IMG/VR virus record: IMGVR_UViG_3300029305_004678
Span: 95,800 to 159,799 of that record
DNA length: 64,000 bases
Strand: one strand, 5' to 3'
DNA from: a virus
Lineage: Duplodnaviria; Caudoviricetes
Both the position numbers and the translations under genes were made by a program. Positions 28,250-37,426 of this stretch are shown here, in pieces. The notes under the pieces were generated by a model. That model made no database searches. It was not told where the DNA came from and saw only the letters and a program-made list of their open reading frames with translations. Numbering within the stretch: position 1 is the first letter of the stretch; each line of letters starts with the position of its first letter.

Positions 28250-28870
28250 TTACTTTGCCTTCTTGGCCTTCTTAACTGCCTTCTTCTTGGCAACGACCAT
28301 AGCGACATCGCCAGACTGCAGTTCCTTAGCAACCTTACGAGCCTTGCCAAGCTTCTTGGCAGCCTCGCACTCCTCAGGAGCCTTACCACACTTAGCTTCC
28401 AGCAGAGCCATCTCAGCCAGGAAACGGAAGTTCTCAGCGCTAATAACAACAGCGACCTGATCAGCCTCAACGCCATTACGATTTGCGATATCCTCGATAA
28501 CGTTAGCGGCATGGGGCTCATGAGCTTCAACAGCCTCGGGAGCGGGAGCTTCACCAGGTTCGACCTCTTCAGCTTCAGCAGCCAGCTTCTCGCCCTCATT
28601 CTCCATAACAGCGATAACAGACTCCAGAGTAATCAGATACTTGGCCTTACCATAAGTATTGGTAGACTCCAGCATAGCAACAGCTTCAGCAACAACGGGA
28701 ACACCACCATTAGTGGTCTTATCTTCATCCTTGACCTCTTCGATATTATTGGTCAGAATGTCTTCCATATCATCAATGACTTCCTTAACCTCGTCACTGA
28801 CCTTGGGATCCAGCAAATCCGCAGCAGCAGCCTCAGACAGCAGCTTGCGGGGATGGGTAGAAAACAACAT
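28250..28870 (-). CDS. putative abundant head/scaffold-associated protein with basic C-terminal tail
   Basis: Late promoter 28933-28944; biased C-ending codons; LxE sites; KKKAVKKAKKAK end. Confidence 0.6.
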   Translation of the reverse strand: MLFSTHPRKLLSEAAAADLLDPKVSDEVKEVIDDMEDILTNNIEEVKDEDKTTNGGVPVVAEAVAMLESTNTYGKAKYLITLESVIAVMENEGEKLAAEAEEVEPGEAPAPEAVEAHEPHAANVIEDIANRNGVEADQVAVVISAENFRFLAEMALLEAKCGKAPEECEAAKKLGKARKVAKELQSGDVAMVVAKKKAVKKAKKAK

Positions 28871-28998
28871 TTCTATTTCCTCCTTATATTTTTGGTTATG
28901 AATTGATCAATTCCGAAAATTGTATGGAATTTTATTTATATGTTGTAGTTAAAAACTATTTAAATCGACCATATAATGGACGATTTATGATAAAATGA

Positions 28999-29739
28999 TT
29001 AATTTTGGGCGTTCTTTTCATCAAATATTTCTTTTATACGGCCTTTTACCATACCTATAATATCTTCTGTCTTTGGCATATTATATGCTCCGGACATATC
29101 CATATAAATATAATTAGTAGACAGAAGTGTTTTAGCATCATCGCTATTATATACTTCTGTAGCTTTTTCAATATGCTCCAACACCTCTATCTGTTCTGGG
29201 AGCATATAGGGCTGATATCTAGATACAAACTCTTTATAGTATCCTAAAACAGCAGTTGTAGGAACAAATAAATATTGGGCATGAACTAACTGATGAACAG
29301 TTTCTGCAAGAGGAATAAGGCCTACCATTAAATTATAATGAAGATACATTACTTCCTTTGCTACATACTCTTCATCAAGAGGTTCATTGAATGCAACTCT
29401 CTTATTGTAGACAATAATACAAATATCATACAAACTAAGAGGCTCGTGATGTATCTCGATATGAATTTTAGTACTATCTATATTATTCACATTGGAGTAG
29501 AAAGCGCATTGATTCATATCCATATACTCTCTTAAGTAGCTTACCATAGCTTTATACTCGAATGATGTGCGTACACATTTCTCTATGGCTTGCATATATT
29601 TTTTAAAAGATTTTTCATCATTAAGATCAAAGTCATAAAGGTTATATTCTGGAATATCCCGCATTTCTATAACTGCAGGTGGTGCTTCCAACTCATACCC
29701 TTTTACAATACTATCGGGATCTCTCACAAAAATCACCAT
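28999..29739 (-). CDS. HNH-like protein, paralog of 20916..21581
   Basis: IEIHHEPLSLYDIC...VGLIPLAETVHQLVH; AACA-N6-TA at 29744-29755. Confidence 0.6.
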   Translation of the reverse strand: MVIFVRDPDSIVKGYELEAPPAVIEMRDIPEYNLYDFDLNDEKSFKKYMQAIEKCVRTSFEYKAMVSYLREYMDMNQCAFYSNVNNIDSTKIHIEIHHEPLSLYDICIIVYNKRVAFNEPLDEEYVAKEVMYLHYNLMVGLIPLAETVHQLVHAQYLFVPTTAVLGYYKEFVSRYQPYMLPEQIEVLEHIEKATEVYNSDDAKTLLSTNYIYMDMSGAYNMPKTEDIIGMVKGRIKEIFDEKNAQN

Positions 29740-29815
29740 CCTTTAATCCTATGTTAACCTAAATCAAGCAACTGAGAAAGGTAGGAAGAATTTAATCTTC
29801 CTACCTTTATAATGT

Positions 29816-31216
29816 TTAGGTTGCAGACTGAAGTCCACCAGCAGCCGCTTCTGCTTCCATCTCTTTATCGAGACCGGCAGCCTTAATATAATCCTCCTCA
29901 GTAATATCAACAACCTCTTCAGCAGTCTCGAGATCACCGAGATAGAATGCAATATTGTGAGCGCACAGTAGCTTCGGCTTAATATACTCCTGACAGGCTT
30001 CCTTGGAGGTAAAAGGAGATACAGATCTCCACCAGTCACCAATCTTTGTAGCATAGAAACGAATCTCAGCCTGAGCTGCAGAGTCTTCTCTCAAGTCAAG
30101 GAACTTAAGCAAGCTCTTGAATGTGAATGTCATATAAATCTTCCGACAGATGGTATTATTGGGCAGATATGCTCGGGCATCTTCACGCTTCAGGGCATAA
30201 TTATTACCAGTAATAGCCGGATTATTCAGCTGCTCATATACAGAACCCATAGCTTCACCAATCTCCTGAAGTGTCAAGTGCATAAGGGGACTAGAAGAGC
30301 CAAAACGAACAGCATACTTATGAGTATCGTCATATTTAGATACATACTTAGCAGGAGAATTAAAAGCACTCTTAGAATAATCTACATAGCGCTGAGACTC
30401 CTGAGTGATGCCGTTTCTATGACGGCATAGCTGCTGAGTGATAATACGGCTCATATTCTTGAAGTTGATTGTAATACTCAAGAAGGGAAGCAGATCATAG
30501 ACCTTCAGCATGGGGACAATTTCTGGATCGATAGCCCAAATCTTTTCAACTAGCTTATTCATAGAATCCATAGATACAACATCGAACTGATCACAAGATT
30601 CTACGTTAAGAGTAGAAATAACATCAGCTTCATTGATCATAGGATCGACATTCATAAATCCATCGATATCAATCAAGCCAAGCTTACCAATATCTGCAAA
30701 TGCTGCAGAATTAGAATATACCTTCAGTATACCTGTAATGGCTTTAAGAATTACATTATTGAGATCACTAGTTTCTCTATAGAGATCTGAGTAGCCTCTC
30801 AGAGAACCACCAATCAGCAGATGGAATCCATCGCCATTCTTAGTAGTATGAGACCAAGTACTCAAATAATCACACTCCGTTAAGAATGTAACAAGATCTT
30901 CTATGTAATTCATAGGGACGCGGAAATAGGTAACAAAATTGGAATGCTCCATGACAGAAGTATGACCAACACGAACACGCTTAGCAACATATTCTGCCTT
31001 ATCAGCATACTCTTCAGGAATGGGCTTATCCCAACAGCATGCAGAAGTCTCTGCACAAATTCTCATTGCATCATTCATAGCAACAAATGCAGCATAAATA
31101 CTACCATTCTTTACAGTAGATTCAGCATTAGCTTTTTTGCTACTGACACTTGTTTTGATCTTACCAAGAAGACCAGTATCAACCAACGGATTAGTTTCTT
31201 TTTTAGCCATTTTCAT
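29816..31216 (-). CDS. thyX: FAD-dependent thymidylate synthase ThyX (extended form)
   Basis: GHTSVMEH; SRIITQQLCRHR..ITQESQRY; EDARAYLPN; LR...AQAEIR. Confidence 0.92.
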   Translation of the reverse strand: MKMAKKETNPLVDTGLLGKIKTSVSSKKANAESTVKNGSIYAAFVAMNDAMRICAETSACCWDKPIPEEYADKAEYVAKRVRVGHTSVMEHSNFVTYFRVPMNYIEDLVTFLTECDYLSTWSHTTKNGDGFHLLIGGSLRGYSDLYRETSDLNNVILKAITGILKVYSNSAAFADIGKLGLIDIDGFMNVDPMINEADVISTLNVESCDQFDVVSMDSMNKLVEKIWAIDPEIVPMLKVYDLLPFLSITINFKNMSRIITQQLCRHRNGITQESQRYVDYSKSAFNSPAKYVSKYDDTHKYAVRFGSSSPLMHLTLQEIGEAMGSVYEQLNNPAITGNNYALKREDARAYLPNNTICRKIYMTFTFKSLLKFLDLREDSAAQAEIRFYATKIGDWWRSVSPFTSKEACQEYIKPKLLCAHNIAFYLGDLETAEEVVDITEEDYIKAAGLDKEMEAEAAAGGLQSAT

Positions 31217-31400
31217 TTTCCTCCATTAAACAAACTTGCCAATTTACATATAAACAATTTCTAAACCAAATAAGAAAATTGCCTTTATACTTATCAAAAG
31301 GATAGTTTTTTATGAATCTAATAACCTCTGGAATATATTTCCATGGTCTATTATACCATAATTCTTTTAAATAGTTGTGTTTATACTTTCTTTTATTCAT
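31203..31400 (-). CDS. small hypothetical protein
   Basis: AGGAGGTG RBS; overlaps thyX start. Confidence 0.6.
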   Translation of the reverse strand: MNKRKYKHNYLKELWYNRPWKYIPEVIRFIKNYPFDKYKGNFLIWFRNCLYVNWQVCLMEENENG

Positions 31401-31428
31401 CCATCTTCACCTCCTAAAAATCTGATGA

Positions 31429-32199
31429 TCATGAATTTGGTTTCGGTGACATATCGATATTATATCCACATTCCCTCATATCAATAGCCTTTTGAACTCC
31501 ATCAAGAACATCTTTAAAGATATCTTCTTTTGAACGAATATTAAGATTTTCATCTAAACATTCTATGATTACTGGGATGATGTCACAATCTTCAAGAATA
31601 TGAGATTTGAAGAATTTATTTGTTCTATCCCATACTGTAGCCATAAAATCAACATCAGATTCATTAAAATCCTTACCAGATTTATTGTTTAAAATATTGA
31701 GATATGTTTGTCTATCTCTCATTCTAAACCACACCAGTATCGTAGGTAATGGATTACCAAACTTCTCTTTCTCTTTAATAATATCATCTCTTGTAATACA
31801 TTCTCCATTATCCGGATTATAAATAGCATTTGAGAGAGAATATCTATCAAATACGAAGCATGCAGAAGGAATTCTGCGAATATCAAGATTTGTCAGTTGA
31901 ATATTTCTATATGGATAAAATTGATTCCAGAAATGAAGTCTATCTATGGAATAAAAAGAGCATACTGCATCGCTGTAGTTAGCTCTAAGTCTTGCAGAAT
32001 TAATTTTATTGTCTAGATATTCTTTCACCATAAAACAAGAAGATTCATTATATCTAGGAAATGATGCCGTTATAAGGCCTTGTTTACTTTCTTTAGGGTA
32101 TGTACACTTTAAGTAATCTACAAATCGTTTAAAGTTTGTCTCTTTAAAGGAACAATCGAGTCCTTCAAACGCTATAATTTCTCCTCTCGGAAATTGCAT
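31429..32199 (-). CDS. tmk: thymidylate kinase-like protein
   Basis: IIAFEGLDCSFKET P-loop variant, SFPRY, DRL, VFDRYSLSNAIY; AACT-N6-TA at 32239-32250. Confidence 0.8.
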   Translation of the reverse strand: MQFPRGEIIAFEGLDCSFKETNFKRFVDYLKCTYPKESKQGLITASFPRYNESSCFMVKEYLDNKINSARLRANYSDAVCSFYSIDRLHFWNQFYPYRNIQLTNLDIRRIPSACFVFDRYSLSNAIYNPDNGECITRDDIIKEKEKFGNPLPTILVWFRMRDRQTYLNILNNKSGKDFNESDVDFMATVWDRTNKFFKSHILEDCDIIPVIIECLDENLNIRSKEDIFKDVLDGVQKAIDMRECGYNIDMSPKPNS

Positions 32200-32310
32200 A
32201 TTTTTTAACCTCCTAAATATTTGGTATTTATTAGGATGTATAAAAAAGTTTAAAATGCTAAAAATAACACACATTTGTATATAATATTAATGAAAGGAAA
32301 GGTGATTTAA

Positions 32311-33120
32311 ATGACTATTGAAGAATTTAATCATTATTCAGCTATGGCAGAAAGAGTATTTGCTTTTATGAATGGTAAAGTGAATATACTCAATTCTAAT
32401 TGTCATCTGATAATAGATATGTATGATTTTGTAACTAATACAAATGCTGGTACTAGATATCCAAATTATATTACTCTATTCATAGGAACTATAATTGATT
32501 CGTATAATGAGAGAAAATATTCTAATATAATTAATAGAAATGATTATATTGGTACTTTGCTCTCCTGGACTTTATGTCATGAGCTTCACCATGCAGATCA
32601 ATTAATATCTATGATAATGTATAAAACACCAGAATATAAAACAATGGTTGAGGAGCAGGTAGATCAAGCAAGTCATGATTGGGTATTTTTACATTCTGAA
32701 GAATTATCTGCAATAGGCGGATTTAATTGCTCTATAAGAAAGCTCACTTCTCCATTTCTTAATGGTAATACTAGTTATAAGAGAGCATCTATTCAGCAGT
32801 ACTATTTACAGACTATTGCTAATATAATTATTAGAGATCTAGATGTATTTTATTCTATTAAACCATTTACTGATGATGATCATTCTAAAAATATAGTGCT
32901 CGTATTTAATGGAATAGATGAAGTTACTATAAAGAGTAATGGTAGATATATAGAAGACAGTATCCATTTATTTAATGATCTAGTGTATAAGTATGCCGGA
33001 TATTATGATACGTATAGAATAGATATAGATGAGTATCGTTCTACGGATGGATCTTCTACAACTATTATGAAGATTAATATATCCAATCCTTTATGCAATG
33101 CAATGGTTTTTGCTAAATAA
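32311..33120 (+). CDS. hypothetical protein with HExxH metallopeptidase-like motif
   Basis: TLCHELHHADQ...E. Confidence 0.55.
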   Translation: MTIEEFNHYSAMAERVFAFMNGKVNILNSNCHLIIDMYDFVTNTNAGTRYPNYITLFIGTIIDSYNERKYSNIINRNDYIGTLLSWTLCHELHHADQLISMIMYKTPEYKTMVEEQVDQASHDWVFLHSEELSAIGGFNCSIRKLTSPFLNGNTSYKRASIQQYYLQTIANIIIRDLDVFYSIKPFTDDDHSKNIVLVFNGIDEVTIKSNGRYIEDSIHLFNDLVYKYAGYYDTYRIDIDEYRSTDGSSTTIMKINISNPLCNAMVFAK

Positions 33121-33201
33121 ATTTACCCCTGCCAAAAATCTGGCAGGGGTATAATATTAAACCAACCTTATATTAATCTAGTTTATAGAGGTGAATGATA
33201 T

Positions 33202-33735
33202 ATGAATCATTATGAAATTACCAGAATAAATAGATTAGATGAAGTTTTAATAGACACTTTATTTAATTTTTTAAAAGCTGATTGTAATTCTTATATTAAC
33301 CTTGAAAAACAGGTCTTTGAAGAATGTGATATCTATGTTTGTACTTCACATAATGACCCTGTTAAGAATATTCGAGGTATTATCGGAATTAGAAGGACAA
33401 CTATGGATAAAATAAATGTGCATAAATTGGAATACTATTGTCAATCTCATGGAGTCTTATACTCTATAGAATTTATGCATGTTTTCGATATGTATTCTCA
33501 TGACATTCAGAAAAAGGCTCTTACAGATATGATAGGCATTGCGGTTAACGACAAAAATGATGGATTTACATTCTTTGTTCCCAAGTGTCCTGTAGCCAAT
33601 ACTGATCCGATGTATTACGCTTTAATGGATAATAATTTTAAACTATATCCCTATCTTCAAAATGGAAGCCCAATAGTGATGTTTATGAGATCTCCTAAGA
33701 CTGGAGATAATTTTAATTATAAATCATGCAAATAA
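33202..33735 (+). CDS. hypothetical protein, possibly degenerate GNAT fold
   Basis: RGIIGI..YSIEFMHV..ALMDNNF pattern; AACC-N6-TA at 33164-33175. Confidence 0.45.
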   Translation: MNHYEITRINRLDEVLIDTLFNFLKADCNSYINLEKQVFEECDIYVCTSHNDPVKNIRGIIGIRRTTMDKINVHKLEYYCQSHGVLYSIEFMHVFDMYSHDIQKKALTDMIGIAVNDKNDGFTFFVPKCPVANTDPMYYALMDNNFKLYPYLQNGSPIVMFMRSPKTGDNFNYKSCK

Positions 33736-33742
33736 AAAGGCA

Positions 33743-33775
33743 AAAGGTCTAGAGTATTTCTACTCTAGACCTTTA
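33743..33775. terminator. bidirectional terminator
   Basis: AAAGGTCTAGAGTA-TTTC-TACTCTAGACCTTT. Confidence 0.85.
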
Positions 33776-33781
33776 TTTTTT

Positions 33782-34315
33782 TTACTTCACCCAAGAGGGG
33801 CAAGGAGCGTGTACACGAACACTTTCATGTGCGGGAACAGTTGTTGCAGTCTTGGAATAGCGATCAGACCCATCATCATTAACCCCAACCTTCTGAGGAT
33901 ACAGACGAGTGCTTGCATCTACCTTCTTCAAGCTCAGAGAAACATCAGACTTTTCACGAGCTCCAAGAGGAAGCTTACGACCAGTCTGCAGATAGGTATT
34001 AACAAACTCTTTAGAGATGTTAACCATAGCAGTAGCCTCGCCCTTACGGACAGCATAACCTTCCATCAACTGGGTTGCTTCAGCCATAGGAACTTTAGCA
34101 GCATTGGAGATAACAGATGCACACATAGCACGGAAATCTTCTGCGGGAGAATAAGTACCCTCTACTCCATCTTTACCATAGATAGATACAGAATACTTAT
34201 CATCACTAAGCATTGCCTGCATAATGCGAATCTCATCCTTACGAGAAGAGCTTACCTGAGATAAACCAGTAGAAATCTCATCAATAAGACCCTTTACAGT
34301 AATATTTTCGCTCAT
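33782..34315 (-). CDS. hypothetical phage protein (177 aa)
   Basis: AAGGAGG RBS; biased codons. Confidence 0.8.
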   Translation of the reverse strand: MSENITVKGLIDEISTGLSQVSSSRKDEIRIMQAMLSDDKYSVSIYGKDGVEGTYSPAEDFRAMCASVISNAAKVPMAEATQLMEGYAVRKGEATAMVNISKEFVNTYLQTGRKLPLGAREKSDVSLSLKKVDASTRLYPQKVGVNDDGSDRYSKTATTVPAHESVRVHAPCPSWVK

Positions 34316-34368
34316 AGTAGTTTCCTCCTTGTTTAAATAAACATGTTTTAATTATTATGAAAAGCTTA

Positions 34369-34548
34369 TTAAGCCAATTCATTATTTTTAGTCTTATCAT
34401 CAAAAAAGATAATAGGTTCTACTAACCTTGCGGGTTTACCCTTTTCGGCTATGTAATTATTTATCTCTTCTGGTGTTGCGCTTGCAAGAAATTTAATAAA
34501 ATCTTGCTTTGCTATTATTGGTTTATTATTTTTAGAATCTTTTTTCAT
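34369..34548 (-). CDS. small protein missed by the ORF track (59 aa, MKKDSKNNKPIIAKQDFIKFLASATPEEINNYIAEKGKP...)
   Basis: Translated by hand; AAGGAG RBS; fills the intergenic gap. Confidence 0.7.
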   Translation of the reverse strand: MKKDSKNNKPIIAKQDFIKFLASATPEEINNYIAEKGKPARLVEPIIFFDDKTKNNELA

Positions 34549-34733
34549 ACTAAAAATCTCCTTATACCGGATTATGTAATAGTATATACATAATTAAAGG
34601 TATACATTTCTAAACCTATTGAAATCAATAACTTTAGAAAAGCTTCTAGTTACTCAAATGTAAATAGCTCTGTAAAGGTTAACTTGGGAGCATCTTAACT
34701 TATAAATAAGAAAATAAAGGAGTTGATATCCTT

Positions 34734-37379
34734 ATGAGAATGATGGATGAACTTAAACCTCTATTTTTATATTCTGCCAATAAAAAGGTCTATGTTCCTA
34801 TAAATGAGAAAGATAGAAAGAAGGGATCTGCTATACTTCTATTAACCCCGAGTATGGAGGTTAGTAGTCAGCTTATGAGACTTCCGTATCTTATAAATCC
34901 AATGATCTATAGATCTTTCTATATCGATAGGAATGTAACGGCATATATAGAAAATGTACCAGAAGAGGTACTTAATTTTGATCCTGTTGAGGAAGAAACT
35001 TTGTCCGAAACTATGATTAGTGCATTCGGAGGAAAAACTAAGATCAAATTTGAAGATGGAATATCTATGATGGATATGAGATATCTTAAAAAGATATATA
35101 CTTCCAATCTTGTTAAAGACTATGCAGCTCTTTTAGGACTCTCGAAAATTCCAGAGGAAATTAATGTTAAGGTATATCCTAATATTAGAGCTCTTAGGGA
35201 GAGTTATAACGGTAAGTCTGATAAGGATAAATTATATTACTATGTAAGAGATTCGCATATTTGCGTGGTAAGTTCTATGGCATATGATGAGAGATTAATG
35301 TATGGCCCTTATGATATGTATCTTGCTTCTGCTCTTGCAAGTTGTATAATGGCATCTTATAATATAGATCTTAGTGCTAAAATTGTTTACGCAATAGCAG
35401 CAAATGTGTCCGGATTATCCAATTGGGATAAGGAGAATAATGGTCAAGTAGATTTTGGCGATGAAAAGAAAATACTAAAAGTTATTAATAGAATGACAGA
35501 GGTTGAAGGCTATCGTGGTATAACCAAATATATTAATACTGCAGATATAAGAATATTTACCAAATTTATTATTGGTAATGATATTATGGCTTTTCGTAAG
35601 ATATTCTCAGAGGGTCTAAGCTACTCTGAAAGACAGAGATTGCTCCCCTCTCAATTTGGTATACCAGATAAAAGGAAGTATCCTATACATGATGAAGAGC
35701 ATGTAAGATTAGCAATAAAAATGTTTAATTCTTGCGATGCTGATGAGGAAAAAGAATTAGCTGAAAATATAATCAAACAGATTAAGAAATTTGGTATGAC
35801 AGATATTAGAGTTAGTGCATCTAATAGATTTAGAAGTTATTATACCAAATCTAAAATCTATAAATACACTTGCGCTAAATCTGAAGTGACAAAGGAATCT
35901 GCTATAGAAGATAATCCAGAATGTTCAAACTTTGATGATGTACAGAAGATTTGTTCTTCTCTTACTCAAGATGAGTTAAAGAGAATTACATTCAAAAATG
36001 AATATGAGAATTCTCCTTTTATAATTAAGAGAATTATCCATAAAGTAGATGGGAATCCTGCAGGATTTTTAGACGTGTATAGATTCCCGTCTTCTCCAGG
36101 AATTGCTCAAATTACTTTAGCAGTTTCGAATGATTATAGAGATATGGGTATAGCCAGTTCTATGGTTAAAGAAATGCTTGGATGCGATCTCGGCATAAAG
36201 CATGGATTTAATACATATTATTGGACTGCTCATGATGATAATTTAGCATCTCAGTATTTGGCAAGAAACAACGGATTTGAAGATACTGGTAATAAGGATG
36301 TATATGGAAGAAAGATTTTTGTGAAATATCTAAATAAAGATATGGCGGCTCCTAATATTCTTCCTTCTCATATTACTCCAGATAGTAGATTTGAAAGTGG
36401 CCTATATAATACAGATAATATGATTATTAGTGAAAACATGGCTATCTTCACAGAAGGTGATGAAAGTATGTATTCTAATAAGCTTAGAAAATATCTGTAT
36501 AGTGAACGCCTTAAAAATAGTAGAGAAGTTATGAAGTATTATGAGAGTATGAAAGTTCTTAATCCTGAAATCACTAAAATGTATCCGAGAATAGAGATGT
36601 ATAAGGGATTAAATCTTTTTGTAGATCTTTCTTACTATCATGGACTATTTCTCAAGAATATTCAGTTCAAATTAGATAAGGCCGTTAATTTCTATTTTGA
36701 ATTCATTAATCGTCTTATAAATAATAAAGAATTGAATGCTTCTTATAAGAAACAGACAATATTTATTCCTATAGATCCAGGTGTATGGCCCGCACAGCCT
36801 ATGAGTGACTTATACGACTTTAGGAAAAATCTAAATCCAATTTCAATTATCTTGCGTCTTATACGTACCAATCCTGAGGCTCTCAGGAAGGCATGGGGAG
36901 ATAAAGATATAATTTTTGTTGGTACTAGAGGATATTTTAAGGTCGATTTTAAGACATTCGATATGAAAAATCTTCCTAGATTCAAAATCAATCTTAGAAA
37001 GCTCACTTCAACTGAACCTGTTGTAGATGATTTCGAAATAGATGATGTAGTAGATGATGATAAAGCTTTTGAAAGAAGTGATTCGAAAAATACCCATACA
37101 AATAAAGCTATTGCTATAAGAATGATAGATAGAGCCGAAAATGAATTGGGTATAAAGATTGATGATGTAAGTGGAATATCTGCAGATAAAAATGCGGATA
37201 CAAATTCCAACCACTTACAGATAACTTCTAATCCTATTAAGCTATCTAGCAGTGGTAAGAATTGTAATGTAATTATTACAATAGACCCTGATGGTCCTGA
37301 TGGATATGACGCTATGCTTAAAGGAGCTATAAGCAACATCAATAAAATTGGTGTATATTGTATGCCAGAATCTAATTAA
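34734..37379 (+). CDS. large late multidomain protein with DUF6582-like and GNAT domains
   Basis: ERQRLLPSQFGIPDKRKYPIHDEEHVRLAIKMFN; LAVSNDYRDMGIASSMV...NLASQYLARNNGF; AACT-N6-TA at 34697-34708. Confidence 0.7.
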   Translation: MRMMDELKPLFLYSANKKVYVPINEKDRKKGSAILLLTPSMEVSSQLMRLPYLINPMIYRSFYIDRNVTAYIENVPEEVLNFDPVEEETLSETMISAFGGKTKIKFEDGISMMDMRYLKKIYTSNLVKDYAALLGLSKIPEEINVKVYPNIRALRESYNGKSDKDKLYYYVRDSHICVVSSMAYDERLMYGPYDMYLASALASCIMASYNIDLSAKIVYAIAANVSGLSNWDKENNGQVDFGDEKKILKVINRMTEVEGYRGITKYINTADIRIFTKFIIGNDIMAFRKIFSEGLSYSERQRLLPSQFGIPDKRKYPIHDEEHVRLAIKMFNSCDADEEKELAENIIKQIKKFGMTDIRVSASNRFRSYYTKSKIYKYTCAKSEVTKESAIEDNPECSNFDDVQKICSSLTQDELKRITFKNEYENSPFIIKRIIHKVDGNPAGFLDVYRFPSSPGIAQITLAVSNDYRDMGIASSMVKEMLGCDLGIKHGFNTYYWTAHDDNLASQYLARNNGFEDTGNKDVYGRKIFVKYLNKDMAAPNILPSHITPDSRFESGLYNTDNMIISENMAIFTEGDESMYSNKLRKYLYSERLKNSREVMKYYESMKVLNPEITKMYPRIEMYKGLNLFVDLSYYHGLFLKNIQFKLDKAVNFYFEFINRLINNKELNASYKKQTIFIPIDPGVWPAQPMSDLYDFRKNLNPISIILRLIRTNPEALRKAWGDKDIIFVGTRGYFKVDFKTFDMKNLPRFKINLRKLTSTEPVVDDFEIDDVVDDDKAFERSDSKNTHTNKAIAIRMIDRAENELGIKIDDVSGISADKNADTNSNHLQITSNPIKLSSSGKNCNVIITIDPDGPDGYDAMLKGAISNINKIGVYCMPESN

Positions 37380-37388
37380 AAAAAAAAA

Positions 37389-37420
37389 TAACCGCTAGGG
37401 TATAAATCCCTAGCGGTTTA
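37389..37420. terminator. bidirectional terminator
   Basis: AACCGCTAGGG-loop-CCCTAGCGGTT. Confidence 0.85.
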
Positions 37421-37426
37421 ATTTAT

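Noticed and set aside
28185-28460. Plus-strand ORF with RBS and signal-peptide-like MKKTYFAFLAFLTAFF
   Set aside because: The hydrophobic stretch is the reverse complement of the Lys/Ala tail of the real gene and no promoter is evident. The RBS-like sequence is treated as an antisense element instead, though translation is not formally excluded.
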